Positions 55,278-64,000 of a stretch of 64,000 nt of DNA are shown here, one piece after another; the first letter of the stretch is position 1; every line of letters begins with the position of its first letter. The stretch lies in assembly GCA_964342815.1 (NCBI GenBank), contig CAYFHS010000005.1, positions 1-64,000 of the forward strand. Direction: 5' to 3'. A program made the position numbers and the translations under genes. The stretch is from an uncultured archaeon. GTDB lineage: Archaea > Thermoplasmatota > Penumbrarchaeia > JASLWR01. The notes beneath the pieces were generated by a model. The model saw nothing but the letters and a program-made list of their open reading frames with translations, made no database searches and was not told the origin of the DNA.

Positions 55278-56537
55278 GTGACAAGAAGAGTGTGTGTGAT
55301 AGGGATTGGACACACAGATTTCAATTCTATGACACCGGATATAGAATGGAAGGAACTAATGTACGAGGCTTGCCAGAAAGCTTATGTTGACGCCGGAATA
55401 GACCCCAGGAAAGACGTTGACAGTTTCATTACCTGTGCCGAGGATTATCTGGAAGGTTTCAGTATATTTGATGAATTCGTGCCCGATCAGATAGGCGCCG
55501 TGCTCCGCCCTTGCGGTACGGTATGCGGTGATGGGATCTACGGATTAGGAAATGCATATATGCAGATAAAGACCGGTCTAATGGACGTTGTGGCAGTGGA
55601 AGCTCATAGTAAGGTATCTGACCTATTAACTTTCGGTGAGATCGTGCTACATGCATTTGATCCCGTATTCGAAAGACCGGTGGCTGGTCCCGTGGAAAGG
55701 CCAAATTTTGCAGGTTCTCCCACATATACGAAGGAAAGCCCCAAACCCCTTGTGGGAAGTAGTGACGAAAAGGAGCGGCTCCATCCGTACTTTTTAGCGG
55801 GGTTGGAGATGCAGCATTACCTTAAAAAGACCAATACCACCGAGGAACAATGCGCTGAGGTGGTTGTAAAGAACAAGTTTAACGCTTTTAATAATCCTTA
55901 TGCGGATTATGAGGCAAAGATCTCAGTGGAGGATGTCATGGATTCAGAGTATCTCTTCAATCCACTGAAGAGTTTGGAGATCAGTCCCAACGTTGACGGA
56001 GCGATTGCCTTTGTCCTTGCCGATGAGAAGACGGCAAAGAGCCTAGGAGTAGATCCGATATACATGTCCGGATTCGGTTGGTCATCTGAAACACCGTGGC
56101 TTTCGACAAGAGGATTGGATGCAGGTTATGCGACCAATGCGGCGAAGATGGCCTATAAGATGGCAGGTATAAAAAAGCCCAGAAAGGAAATCGATATCGC
56201 AGAGGTGGATGATCGGTTCTCCTACAAGGAGTTCCAGCATCTCGAGGCCCTGAAACTGGCGAGACCCGGCGAACCGGCTCATCTGCTGGAAGAGGGCGAA
56301 CTGGGTCAGGGAGGTTCGCTCCCCACGAATATGTCGGGAGGATCGCTGGGAGTTGGCAACTGCCTGGAGGCCACGGGTCTGCAGAAGTCTCTTGAGATCG
56401 TGACCCAGCTGCGAGGATTCGCTGGGAAGAGACAGGTGGCCGATGCGAAGCTTGGAATCGCCCAATCTTGGCGAGGTATTCCATCGGGAAGCGGTGCCGT
56501 GGCGATCTTTTCAAGCGATAATGAGGTGATGAAATGA
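55278..56537 (+). CDS. Non-canonical thiolase-fold protein, Ltp4-like
   Basis: EDYLEG..DQIGAV..D..Y.L.NAYMQIKTG recalls mycobacterial Ltp4. NEAF/HDCF is replaced by DDRF and GHP by GNC. Stop overlaps the next ATG (ATGA). Confidence 0.8.
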   Translation: MTRRVCVIGIGHTDFNSMTPDIEWKELMYEACQKAYVDAGIDPRKDVDSFITCAEDYLEGFSIFDEFVPDQIGAVLRPCGTVCGDGIYGLGNAYMQIKTGLMDVVAVEAHSKVSDLLTFGEIVLHAFDPVFERPVAGPVERPNFAGSPTYTKESPKPLVGSSDEKERLHPYFLAGLEMQHYLKKTNTTEEQCAEVVVKNKFNAFNNPYADYEAKISVEDVMDSEYLFNPLKSLEISPNVDGAIAFVLADEKTAKSLGVDPIYMSGFGWSSETPWLSTRGLDAGYATNAAKMAYKMAGIKKPRKEIDIAEVDDRFSYKEFQHLEALKLARPGEPAHLLEEGELGQGGSLPTNMSGGSLGVGNCLEATGLQKSLEIVTQLRGFAGKRQVADAKLGIAQSWRGIPSGSGAVAIFSSDNEVMK

Positions 56538-57694
56538 AAGATGTAGCAGTGATCGGAGGCGGAATGACCATGTTTCGCAGAAGATTAAAGGAAACCGGCA
56601 AGGAGCTGTCCTATCTGGCTGCGAAGATGGCTATGGAAGAGGCCGGTATAGAGAAGAGCGACATTGATATGGTTGTAATGGGTAGCGCTCCGGATGCGTT
56701 CGACGGCATACACCAGAAGGGTGAGAACCTGTTGGACGGTGCCGCAGGGGCGGGAAAACCATATGTAAGAGTTTTTAACGGAGGCGGGACATGTGTTTTC
56801 GCACCCATCGCTGGGTGGTGGCACGTAGCCTCCGGCGTAGCGGATGTAGCACTTGTTGTCGCCGAGGAGAAGATGGGCTCCACCTATCCCCATCCTCAGA
56901 CCGCCTTCCGGCATATCTGGGACCCCATACTGGACCGTCCACTCAATCCCAACCTCGTTTGGTTGTTCGCCATGGAGATGAACCGGTATATGACAAGATA
57001 TAATATCAAAAAAGAGGACATAGCGAGGGTGGCTGTAAAGAACAAGAGGAACGCAGTTGGTCATCCCTGCGCACAGCTGGCTGATCCGAACATAACCGTT
57101 CAAGACGTTCTGGATTCGGAAATGATGGCATGGCCGGTCCAGCGCTTGGATATCAGCCCTCCCAGCGACGGGGCAGCGGCATTGGTTTTCTGTTCCAAGG
57201 AAAAAGCGAGGGAATTCTCGGATGATCCAAGCTGGATCTCGGGAGTGGGATGGAATATCGACAGCACCATGTGGACGAACAGGGATCTCGTCTTCCCACA
57301 GTACGTGGCCAATGCGGCAAAGATGGCCTACAAGATGGCAAGGATAACAAATCCGCCCAAGCAGATCGACTTTGCTGAACCGTACGACCCCTTCGATTAC
57401 AAGGAGCTGCATCACATGGAGGGATTGATGCTGTGCAAGAAGGGAGAAGCTCCCACACTTACAAGAGAGGGAGTGACACAGAGGGATGGGGATCTACCGA
57501 TATGTCCTTCCGGAGGTCTGTTGGGTGTTGGTAATCCCATAGCAGCGACCATGGGACAGAAGGTGGCCGAACTCCACTGGCAGCTAACAGGAAAAGCAGG
57601 AAAGAGGCAGATACCAGGCGACCCGAGAGTGGGTGTTGCCCAGGCATGGGGAGACATCATGCAGATGGGTACTGTGATCGTTATGGAGAAGTGA
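56534..57694 (+). CDS. Non-canonical thiolase-fold protein, Ltp3-like (probable aldol-lyase subunit)
   Basis: VMGSAPDAFDG..GKPYVRV recalls Ltp3. No Cys at the CxS nucleophile position (NGGGT); YDPF replaces HDCF; GNP replaces GHP. Confidence 0.82.
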   Translation: MKDVAVIGGGMTMFRRRLKETGKELSYLAAKMAMEEAGIEKSDIDMVVMGSAPDAFDGIHQKGENLLDGAAGAGKPYVRVFNGGGTCVFAPIAGWWHVASGVADVALVVAEEKMGSTYPHPQTAFRHIWDPILDRPLNPNLVWLFAMEMNRYMTRYNIKKEDIARVAVKNKRNAVGHPCAQLADPNITVQDVLDSEMMAWPVQRLDISPPSDGAAALVFCSKEKAREFSDDPSWISGVGWNIDSTMWTNRDLVFPQYVANAAKMAYKMARITNPPKQIDFAEPYDPFDYKELHHMEGLMLCKKGEAPTLTREGVTQRDGDLPICPSGGLLGVGNPIAATMGQKVAELHWQLTGKAGKRQIPGDPRVGVAQAWGDIMQMGTVIVMEK

Positions 57695-57695
57695 G

Positions 57696-58244
57696 GTGAT
57701 GAAAATGGCGAAAAAGATAGAAGGATATCCTAGGTATGCACCCGGAACACATGTTTCCACAAAGGATATCGTGGACAACAAAATCTCATACACCTGGTGG
57801 GAACCCGAGGTCCAGTATTCGTGGAGTCTCGGCCCCGCAATGAGCAAATTCCTTCAGGAACTCAAGAAGGGTCAGCTCGTGGGGAGGAAATGCAGAAAAT
57901 GCCGAAGGGTTTTGGTACCCCCCAGAATGTTCTGCGAACTCTGTTACGGCCCTACGAACGAATGGGTCGATCTCCCCGATACGGGGATGGTGGAAACCTT
58001 TTCCATCTCATACTTGGATGCGGACGCAAGGAGAATAAAGGTCCCGATATTGATAGGTGTCATATCCATCGACGGCGCAGCTCCCCTTCACGGTTTCATG
58101 CACTATTTCGGCGAGATGGAACCCGAGGAGCTTCACATCGGGATGAAAGTGAAGGCTGTTTGGAAACCCAAGGCCGAAAGGGAAGGCTCCATTACCGACA
58201 TAAAGTATTTCAAACCCTTGAAAAAGGGAGGTGGCAAGAAATGA
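57696..58244 (+). CDS. DUF35 (Zn-ribbon + OB-fold) acyl-CoA-binding partner
   Basis: KCRKC..LVPPRMFCELC; G.VETFS; IGMKVKAVW..REGSITDIKYF. Confidence 0.92.
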   Translation: MMKMAKKIEGYPRYAPGTHVSTKDIVDNKISYTWWEPEVQYSWSLGPAMSKFLQELKKGQLVGRKCRKCRRVLVPPRMFCELCYGPTNEWVDLPDTGMVETFSISYLDADARRIKVPILIGVISIDGAAPLHGFMHYFGEMEPEELHIGMKVKAVWKPKAEREGSITDIKYFKPLKKGGGKK

Positions 58245-58714
58245 CGTTCCTTGAAAAACAGACCGATCCCACAACACCCATGCACTGGCGGGGTGACATG
58301 CAGGCCGATTATCTTTATCCGAACGGAGCTGCGGGGGACAAGTTCTTCCAGCATCTCATGAAAAAGGATACGTTCCTTGCGTGCCGCTGCCCCAAGTGCG
58401 AGAAGGTGTACTGCCCGCCAAGGCTTTACTGCGAGGATTGCTTCTGCGAGATTCCAGACAAGGAATGGCGTGAGGTTCCCTCGAAAGGAAAGATACGGCT
58501 TCATACCACGGTAATGATCGACACCCATGGTCATAAATTAAAGGAACCCAAGGTCATAGCTCTGGTGGACATCAAGGACACGGACAGCTCAATGCTGGGA
58601 ATAATCAAGACAAAGAAACTGGACAAGGACCTTTGCGGGCATAAGGTAAAGGCTGTCCTTCGATCCAAGAAGAAGAGAGAAGGAACCCTGAAGGATATCC
58701 TCTATTTCGAGTGA
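58241..58714 (+). CDS. Second DUF35 (Zn-ribbon + OB-fold) protein
   Basis: True start ATG 58241 overlaps the previous stop (ATGA), with GGAGGTG upstream; RCPKC..YCPPRLYCEDC. The ORF-track start at 57797 is an overlap artefact. Confidence 0.9.
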   Translation: MTFLEKQTDPTTPMHWRGDMQADYLYPNGAAGDKFFQHLMKKDTFLACRCPKCEKVYCPPRLYCEDCFCEIPDKEWREVPSKGKIRLHTTVMIDTHGHKLKEPKVIALVDIKDTDSSMLGIIKTKKLDKDLCGHKVKAVLRSKKKREGTLKDILYFE

Positions 58715-58753
58715 TGCCTTCGTTCCTTCCTTTTTTTTATTATTTCACATTAC

Positions 58754-58790
58754 GGAGGTCCCCGAAGCGGGGGCCTTCATTTTTCTCTTT
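58754..58790 (+). terminator. Hairpin plus T-tract between convergent genes
   Basis: ggaggtccccg-aag-cgggggccttc (11 bp including two G-U pairs) followed by atttttctcttt. A second T-run at about 58731-58738 lies just after the DUF35 stop. Confidence 0.7.
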
Positions 58791-58795
58791 CAATT

Positions 58796-61700
58796 CTACA
58801 GGTCAAGTTCATCCCATATATTTTTATGCTCCTCAATAGATATCCCGAATCGTTCTCTGAAACCTTCCAGCATCTCCTCTTCTTCTGGGGATATCATCCC
58901 GTCCTTCAGGGCTCGATTTAACATACTCCGATAATGTTTCAGATTTTTCTCTCTATCCTTAAGTCCCTCTTCGAGTTTGGCCAGCATGGTGTCTGCACTT
59001 CTGAACCGCTTAGCCTTTTCCTTTTCCAGGGCCCTGAGAATGACGGCATCGATCTCGGGAGGTATGCCCGGTCTCAAAGAGCTTGGCGGCACAGGGATTT
59101 TTTCTACAATGTTATGCATTATGCCGATGGGATCATCCGCTTTAAAGGGATTTTCTCCAGTCAGCATCTCGTAGAAAACGACGCCCAACTGGTAGACGTC
59201 CGTGCTCCAATCAACCTCACCGTACTTTTCCTGGCTCATCTGTTCTGGCGCACTGTAAATAAGAGTTCCTTTTGTACCGATGGTTTTCGAGACGCTTTCC
59301 GATGCCATGAACTTACCGATGCCCCAATCAGCGATCTTTGGAGTACCGTCTTTCGTGAAAAGTATGTTCTCGGGTTTTATGTCCCTGTGAACAGATGCCA
59401 TGCGGTGGGCGTAGGCCATTCCCTCCAATATTTCCTGGATCAAACCGATTACTTTATCTACGGGTAATTGACCGGTCTTTATAAGATTCAGAAGATTGCC
59501 ACCTTCCATATATTCGATTACCATATAAGGAACCGGACGTATATCGCCTTTAAGGAATTTGACTATGTTCCTGTGCTTCAGTTTTTTCCAAATATCCGAT
59601 TCGGACTTGAATTTATTTAATACTGAGCTATCAATAGTCTCATCCATGAACTTCGGTAACTTGATGGCAACCGGCTCTCCTTTTAGATTATTTGCCTTGT
59701 AAACAGTTGCAAAGCCGCCCGAACCGAGTTTATTGGTAATGATGTAATCGGGAATGAGGCCTTCCATTGAGGACGGGATCGGTGTAAGTTCGGGAGAATA
59801 CTCCGCCCATGGTTCCTCTTCATCCTCGTCCTCATCCAACCATTCTTCTTCTTCGTCTTCCTCTGACCGGTCACGTCCGGGCAGGCCAGATGAATCTTTT
59901 GATTCATCAAGGTCCTCTTCCTTTCCGGCACCCCATATCTCCTCATCTTCTCCTTCTTCCTTATCACCCACCGTATCGTCCACATCCCATACTTCTTCCT
60001 CGTCCTTTCCGGTTTCCTCTTCTTCCTCGTCTTGTTCTTCTTTCTCTTCTTCCACAAACTCACCAAGATCCTCATCTGGTTCCGTGGTTTGTTCGTGTTC
60101 TTCCGTCGGTTCGGCTTTTCTCTTCTTGATAAAAATAAATATAGCGATAAGAACCGTAAGGAAAATGACAATCACGATGATTACGATAACAGTTGTGGAT
60201 AGGCCTTCCTCATCAGTCGTCTCGGTCCCGGCCAGTTTCTCGTTCACAGTAATACTGAAGAAGGCCTGCCCGTTATTCCCGGCGTCATCGCTCACTGTCA
60301 ATGTCACCGTATAAGTTCCGGGTTTGGTGAATATATAAACGGGTGTGGCCCCATATAATATCCGGGCTCCATCATCATTGAAAGTCCAAGTATAGTTTAC
60401 AATGCCGACGTTATCCGTACAACCGCTTGAATCGAAAATGACCTTATCTCCAGCATGTATTTCTGTATCTTTTGTGGAACCGACAACTTTCGGATTCTCG
60501 GTGTCCTTTACAGTGACTATTATCCAATCTCTATGTATGTTATCCGCCGCATCCTTAACGGTAAGTGTCACATTGTATATACCCGGATCATCAAATTTAA
60601 AAATGACAATCCTACCATAAAGGGATCTGTTGACATTATTATAACTGAAAGTCCATGTATAATTGCCGATGCCTACATTGTCGTTACTTTTACTTCCATC
60701 GAGAGTTACATTGTCGGATTGATCAGCGTTGATATTCGTTCCTGCGTCTGCCGTTGGCTTAGTATAATCCCAGATATCCCGAACAGACACGGTAAGAACA
60801 TCGGTCGCCTCGTTCCCCGCTTCATCCATAACTGCCAATGTGACGTTGTATGTCCCGGGGAGCTTGAAGGTGAAAGTCGCCGAGGGTCCTCTTAGGGTGT
60901 GATTAGTACCATTATATTCAATTATCCACGTATAATTTATTATTCCGATGTTATCAGTGCTATTGATAGAGTTGAAAGTAGCATTATCGTATTGATTGAT
61001 AGAAATATCCACTCCAGCACTTGCTGTGGGATCATCATTGTCCAACACATCAATACGGGTGACATTTGTGACAAGCCCGTTGCCCGAAGAATCATTTATT
61101 TCGAACCAATATTCCATCTCGGATGCATCACTTGGAATATCAATAGATTTGCTCCACGTAGTTCCATTATCACTACTGGTCATTTCGAAAGACAGGTTGA
61201 TATCATCACCGAAATCATAAATAACATATGTATAATCTATTTTTATATTGTCACTGGCATTGAATGATACTGTAAAAATATCTCCGGTAGTTGGGATTTC
61301 TCCCGTCAAGTCCTCGATCAATTGTGGTGGGTCGTTATCCGAAATATTTTGTTGAAACCAGGTTATATTAGAGGTATTGTAGACATTTCCGGCGGTATCC
61401 CAAATACTATATGTATAATTTACCTGTGTAACATCGGGAGGAATGTCGATAGAAGCACTGGTCCATATACCATCATCTGCCAGTGGATCGCCATGAGTTC
61501 CATCATCATACAAGGTCTGGGTTTGGAATGAAATTATGTCATAAGTATATGATACCTGTGTAATATTGACTCCGATGTTATCACTGGTGTTAATGGCGAA
61601 ATAAAATGAATCGCCGGTGGTGGGGATTCCACTTAGATCTTCTTCAAATTGTGGTGGGTCGTTATCCACGACACCCTTTACCATATGACCTGTGCCTCTT

Positions 61701-63112
61701 GTATTTCCAGCTTGATCCCTTAATGTAAACCAGTATCGAATCGTGGTGGAATTACTGGGTATAGTGATGTTATGGGACCAAAAATCCTGAAATCCACCCC
61801 ATCTCGATTCATTGTAATTCATGGATTTGTTAATATAATTAGTATCGTCGAAAGTGTAGGTAACGTTTACAGCCCCAATTCCTACGTTATCGCTGGCATT
61901 TATGATGAACGAGAATAGCTCACCTGTGGTGGGAGTCCCCGAGAGGTCTTCAGCAAGGACGGGACTTTCATCATCTATCGTCGCATATTGTAAATCATCA
62001 TCCTTTCCATAAGCGATATGTGGTATGCGGTTCGAATCAAGGGTAAGTGAAGTATATGCGCAAAACTCGGTATCAACTATTTTATCAATCCATTCGGGTG
62101 CATTATAATATAAATATTTTAATTGATTCCAGTCGTCACAATAACTTATATATGTATTGTTGTTGGAGTCAACTTCAATGGATGTATACCTGCCGTTAGC
62201 CCCAGGTCCCCCGCTTGAAAAATTTAACGTTTCTTTATGCCATCTATGATAATCAAAATAAGTATAATTCAAGGAATTGTTGCTTTCACTAAAATAGCTG
62301 ATCTTTGGTCTGTCGAAAGGGTCCAAGGCAATCGAAGAGTGGTTTCCACCACCATAATCGATGGTGAAAGTCTGCCAACCACCACTGACATTCCGTGCGT
62401 ATTTCAGATTATTTTGCTGTTCATCATAATAGCTGATATGAGCCCTATCGCCCAGATCCATTATGAGGGAACTGCATACGCCAACTCTACCCCAATCATC
62501 CACTGTAGTTGTATTCCACTCAAGAGAGTTATTCCATGCATATTTCAAACAATTATTTGTCTCATCACTATAATAACTTATATGTGGAAGGTTCTGAGAA
62601 TCCAGTGCAATCGAAGAAAATCTCCCACCATTCCAATCCACCGTTTCGATATGCCATTCATTTCCATCGTGGTATGCGTATTTCAGAGCATTATTGCTAC
62701 GGGAATGATAGCTTATATGCGGATGATCATTCGAATCCAGGACAATATCATTAAAGCTGCCGACATATCCCACGGAGTCCACGATTTCAATGTGCCAGCG
62801 GCTTCCATCATAATATGCATATTTAAGGTCCCTATTGCTTGCATCATAATAAGAAATATGCGGTCGATTATTCGTATCGTTTGCAATAGATGCATAATAA
62901 CCTACAAATCCAAGGGAATCGATTGTCACATTGGCCCATTTATCACTCCGTGTAAGTAAGGAATAAATTCCGTTTGGGGTATCTTGTTCAACTGGAATAA
63001 TATCACCCGAGGAATCCACTGTTTTATCTTTGATGCTGAAATTTCCATTGATTATTCCCGTAAGTAGAAGGGAGATCGTTATTACCAGAAGAAAGTTGAT
63101 TATTCTCTTCAT
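58796..63112 (-). CDS. Receptor-type Ser/Thr protein kinase: beta-propeller + Ig-like + PKD ectodomain, single TM, acidic linker, Hanks-type kinase, C-terminal TerB-like motif
   Basis: Start ATG 63112 (GGTGA upstream; MKRIINFLLVITISLLLTG). Seven SIxxDxxxxPHISY blades; TM about 60128-60193 followed by KKRK; LGSGGFATVY, VAIK, HRDIKPEN, DWG, APE and DVYQLG. Confidence 0.92.
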   Translation of the reverse strand: MKRIINFLLVITISLLLTGIINGNFSIKDKTVDSSGDIIPVEQDTPNGIYSLLTRSDKWANVTIDSLGFVGYYASIANDTNNRPHISYYDASNRDLKYAYYDGSRWHIEIVDSVGYVGSFNDIVLDSNDHPHISYHSRSNNALKYAYHDGNEWHIETVDWNGGRFSSIALDSQNLPHISYYSDETNNCLKYAWNNSLEWNTTTVDDWGRVGVCSSLIMDLGDRAHISYYDEQQNNLKYARNVSGGWQTFTIDYGGGNHSSIALDPFDRPKISYFSESNNSLNYTYFDYHRWHKETLNFSSGGPGANGRYTSIEVDSNNNTYISYCDDWNQLKYLYYNAPEWIDKIVDTEFCAYTSLTLDSNRIPHIAYGKDDDLQYATIDDESPVLAEDLSGTPTTGELFSFIINASDNVGIGAVNVTYTFDDTNYINKSMNYNESRWGGFQDFWSHNITIPSNSTTIRYWFTLRDQAGNTRGTGHMVKGVVDNDPPQFEEDLSGIPTTGDSFYFAINTSDNIGVNITQVSYTYDIISFQTQTLYDDGTHGDPLADDGIWTSASIDIPPDVTQVNYTYSIWDTAGNVYNTSNITWFQQNISDNDPPQLIEDLTGEIPTTGDIFTVSFNASDNIKIDYTYVIYDFGDDINLSFEMTSSDNGTTWSKSIDIPSDASEMEYWFEINDSSGNGLVTNVTRIDVLDNDDPTASAGVDISINQYDNATFNSINSTDNIGIINYTWIIEYNGTNHTLRGPSATFTFKLPGTYNVTLAVMDEAGNEATDVLTVSVRDIWDYTKPTADAGTNINADQSDNVTLDGSKSNDNVGIGNYTWTFSYNNVNRSLYGRIVIFKFDDPGIYNVTLTVKDAADNIHRDWIIVTVKDTENPKVVGSTKDTEIHAGDKVIFDSSGCTDNVGIVNYTWTFNDDGARILYGATPVYIFTKPGTYTVTLTVSDDAGNNGQAFFSITVNEKLAGTETTDEEGLSTTVIVIIVIVIFLTVLIAIFIFIKKRKAEPTEEHEQTTEPDEDLGEFVEEEKEEQDEEEEETGKDEEEVWDVDDTVGDKEEGEDEEIWGAGKEEDLDESKDSSGLPGRDRSEEDEEEEWLDEDEDEEEPWAEYSPELTPIPSSMEGLIPDYIITNKLGSGGFATVYKANNLKGEPVAIKLPKFMDETIDSSVLNKFKSESDIWKKLKHRNIVKFLKGDIRPVPYMVIEYMEGGNLLNLIKTGQLPVDKVIGLIQEILEGMAYAHRMASVHRDIKPENILFTKDGTPKIADWGIGKFMASESVSKTIGTKGTLIYSAPEQMSQEKYGEVDWSTDVYQLGVVFYEMLTGENPFKADDPIGIMHNIVEKIPVPPSSLRPGIPPEIDAVILRALEKEKAKRFRSADTMLAKLEEGLKDREKNLKHYRSMLNRALKDGMISPEEEEMLEGFRERFGISIEEHKNIWDELDL

Positions 63113-63297
63113 AATTTCACCAATACTTTTCTTATTAATTTCAAATACTATAGGATAAATTATGCTTTTATAAATACTTTCGGTTCTGTCTTTTATGGTT
63201 CTCTGTGTATGATAATCGATTATTAGATTTATTACACGGTCTATCCCGGCCATAACAATTTTCATTATCGAAAACGCCATTCTCTCTGATAGGTAAA

Positions 63298-64000
63298 ATG
63301 CCATTAACAAAAAGCTCGTCCTACAAGCCGTCACTTCTGTTCAGGAACGGCCATATCAATACGACATACGCCTCGAAGTTCAGAAAGGTTTTTGGCGTAA
63401 ACTATGATCGCGAACGGATCGATACCCCGGATGGTGATTTTCTTGATGTCGATTGCTTGATAAATGGCTCGGATAAGGTCGCGATACTGTGCCACGGGTT
63501 CGAGGGTAATTCCCGAAGGGTTTACATGAGGGGCATGGTGAGAGCGCTCACAGGGGCGGGTTACGATGCAGTGGCCATGAACTATAGGGGATGCAGCGGA
63601 GAACCCAATCGACTACTGCGTTCATATCATGCCGGAGCCACGGACGACCTTCATACCGTGGTTTCCCATGTTCACGCCAGTAAAAAATATGAGGAAATAT
63701 ACCTGATAGGTTTCAGCATGGGCGGCAACCTCGTGTTGAAATATCTGGGTGAAAAATTATTTCCTGTTATCGCATCGGTGAAGCGTGTAGCTACCATTTC
63801 CACGCCGTGCGACCTTGCCTCTTCCGTAACTGTATTGGATAGTTTTTCGAGAAGTATCTACACAAGGCGTTTTCTGCGGTTTCTGCATAAGAAAATAACG
63901 GATAAAATGAAAATGTTTCCCGGCGAGCTCGACGATGAGGATTACAAAAAGATTAAAACTTTGAGAGCTTTCGATGACAGGTATTCGTACCTCAACGGAT
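63298..64000 (+). CDS. Alpha/beta hydrolase, YheT/ABHD family (3' partial)
   Basis: Manual translation: MPLTKSSSYKPSLLFRNGHINT..TPDGDFLD..HGFEGNSRRVY..NYRGCSGEPN..YHAGATDD..GFSMGG (GxSxG). Open to the window end. Confidence 0.9.
   Translation, partial: MPLTKSSSYKPSLLFRNGHINTTYASKFRKVFGVNYDRERIDTPDGDFLDVDCLINGSDKVAILCHGFEGNSRRVYMRGMVRALTGAGYDAVAMNYRGCSGEPNRLLRSYHAGATDDLHTVVSHVHASKKYEEIYLIGFSMGGNLVLKYLGEKLFPVIASVKRVATISTPCDLASSVTVLDSFSRSIYTRRFLRFLHKKITDKMKMFPGELDDEDYKKIKTLRAFDDRYSYLNG

Noticed and set aside
55278-57694. Archaeal mevalonate thiolase/HMG-CoA synthase/DUF35 complex
   Set aside because: No HMG-CoA synthase gene is adjacent and the thiolase catalytic residues are absent.
57797-58714. 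305-aa ORF or programmed -1 frameshift fusing the two DUF35 genes (G AAA AAG near 58220)
   Set aside because: The slippery site is imperfect, and a strong GGAGGTG plus ATGA overlap explains independent, coupled translation from 58241.
1-64000. tRNA, rRNA, transposase, integrase, defence systems, Sec/Pyl read-through
   Set aside because: No matching motifs seen by eye and genes appear complete at their stops. Small RNAs could still be missed without tRNAscan-SE or Infernal.

Overview
Archaeal genomic window, most likely an uncultured Thermoplasmatota (Thermoplasmata-like) organism. The lineage is inferred from DUF835 and DUF2240 proteins, a euryarchaeal RPA operon, a Cdc48/PRC-barrel cluster, GGTGA/GGAGG ribosome-binding sites and many PKD/TSP3 surface proteins. 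I found no rRNA, tRNA, CRISPR array or transposase. About 33 real CDSs, two of them cut by the window edges and missed by the ORF track. Contents: (i) housekeeping genes (RPA pair, Cdc48, PRC-barrel, HisA-like barrel, DUF2240, gamma-carbonic-anhydrase family); (ii) eight large type-I membrane proteins with lamin-tail, DUF2341/LamG/PKD, WD40, FG-GAP or M14-peptidase ectodomains, several ending in cytoplasmic outputs (double winged helix, Hanks-type kinase, Zn ribbon); (iii) two cytoplasmic scaffold proteins ending in DUF835; (iv) a metabolic block with thl-hbd-crt-acyl-CoA dehydrogenase and a non-canonical thiolase pair plus two DUF35 proteins resembling actinobacterial Ltp4/Ltp3/Rv3521. The strongest candidate for an undescribed system is a tandem pair of fusions of a DapA-family class I aldolase with a formaldehyde-activating enzyme (Fae) domain at 45927-48830. 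Both aldolases lack the DHDPS-specific Arg, and the two Fae domains are complementarily degenerate, suggesting a heteromeric pyruvate/formaldehyde aldolase coupled to a pterin C1 carrier. All family assignments come from reading motifs by eye and from recalled family sequences; no database search was run.
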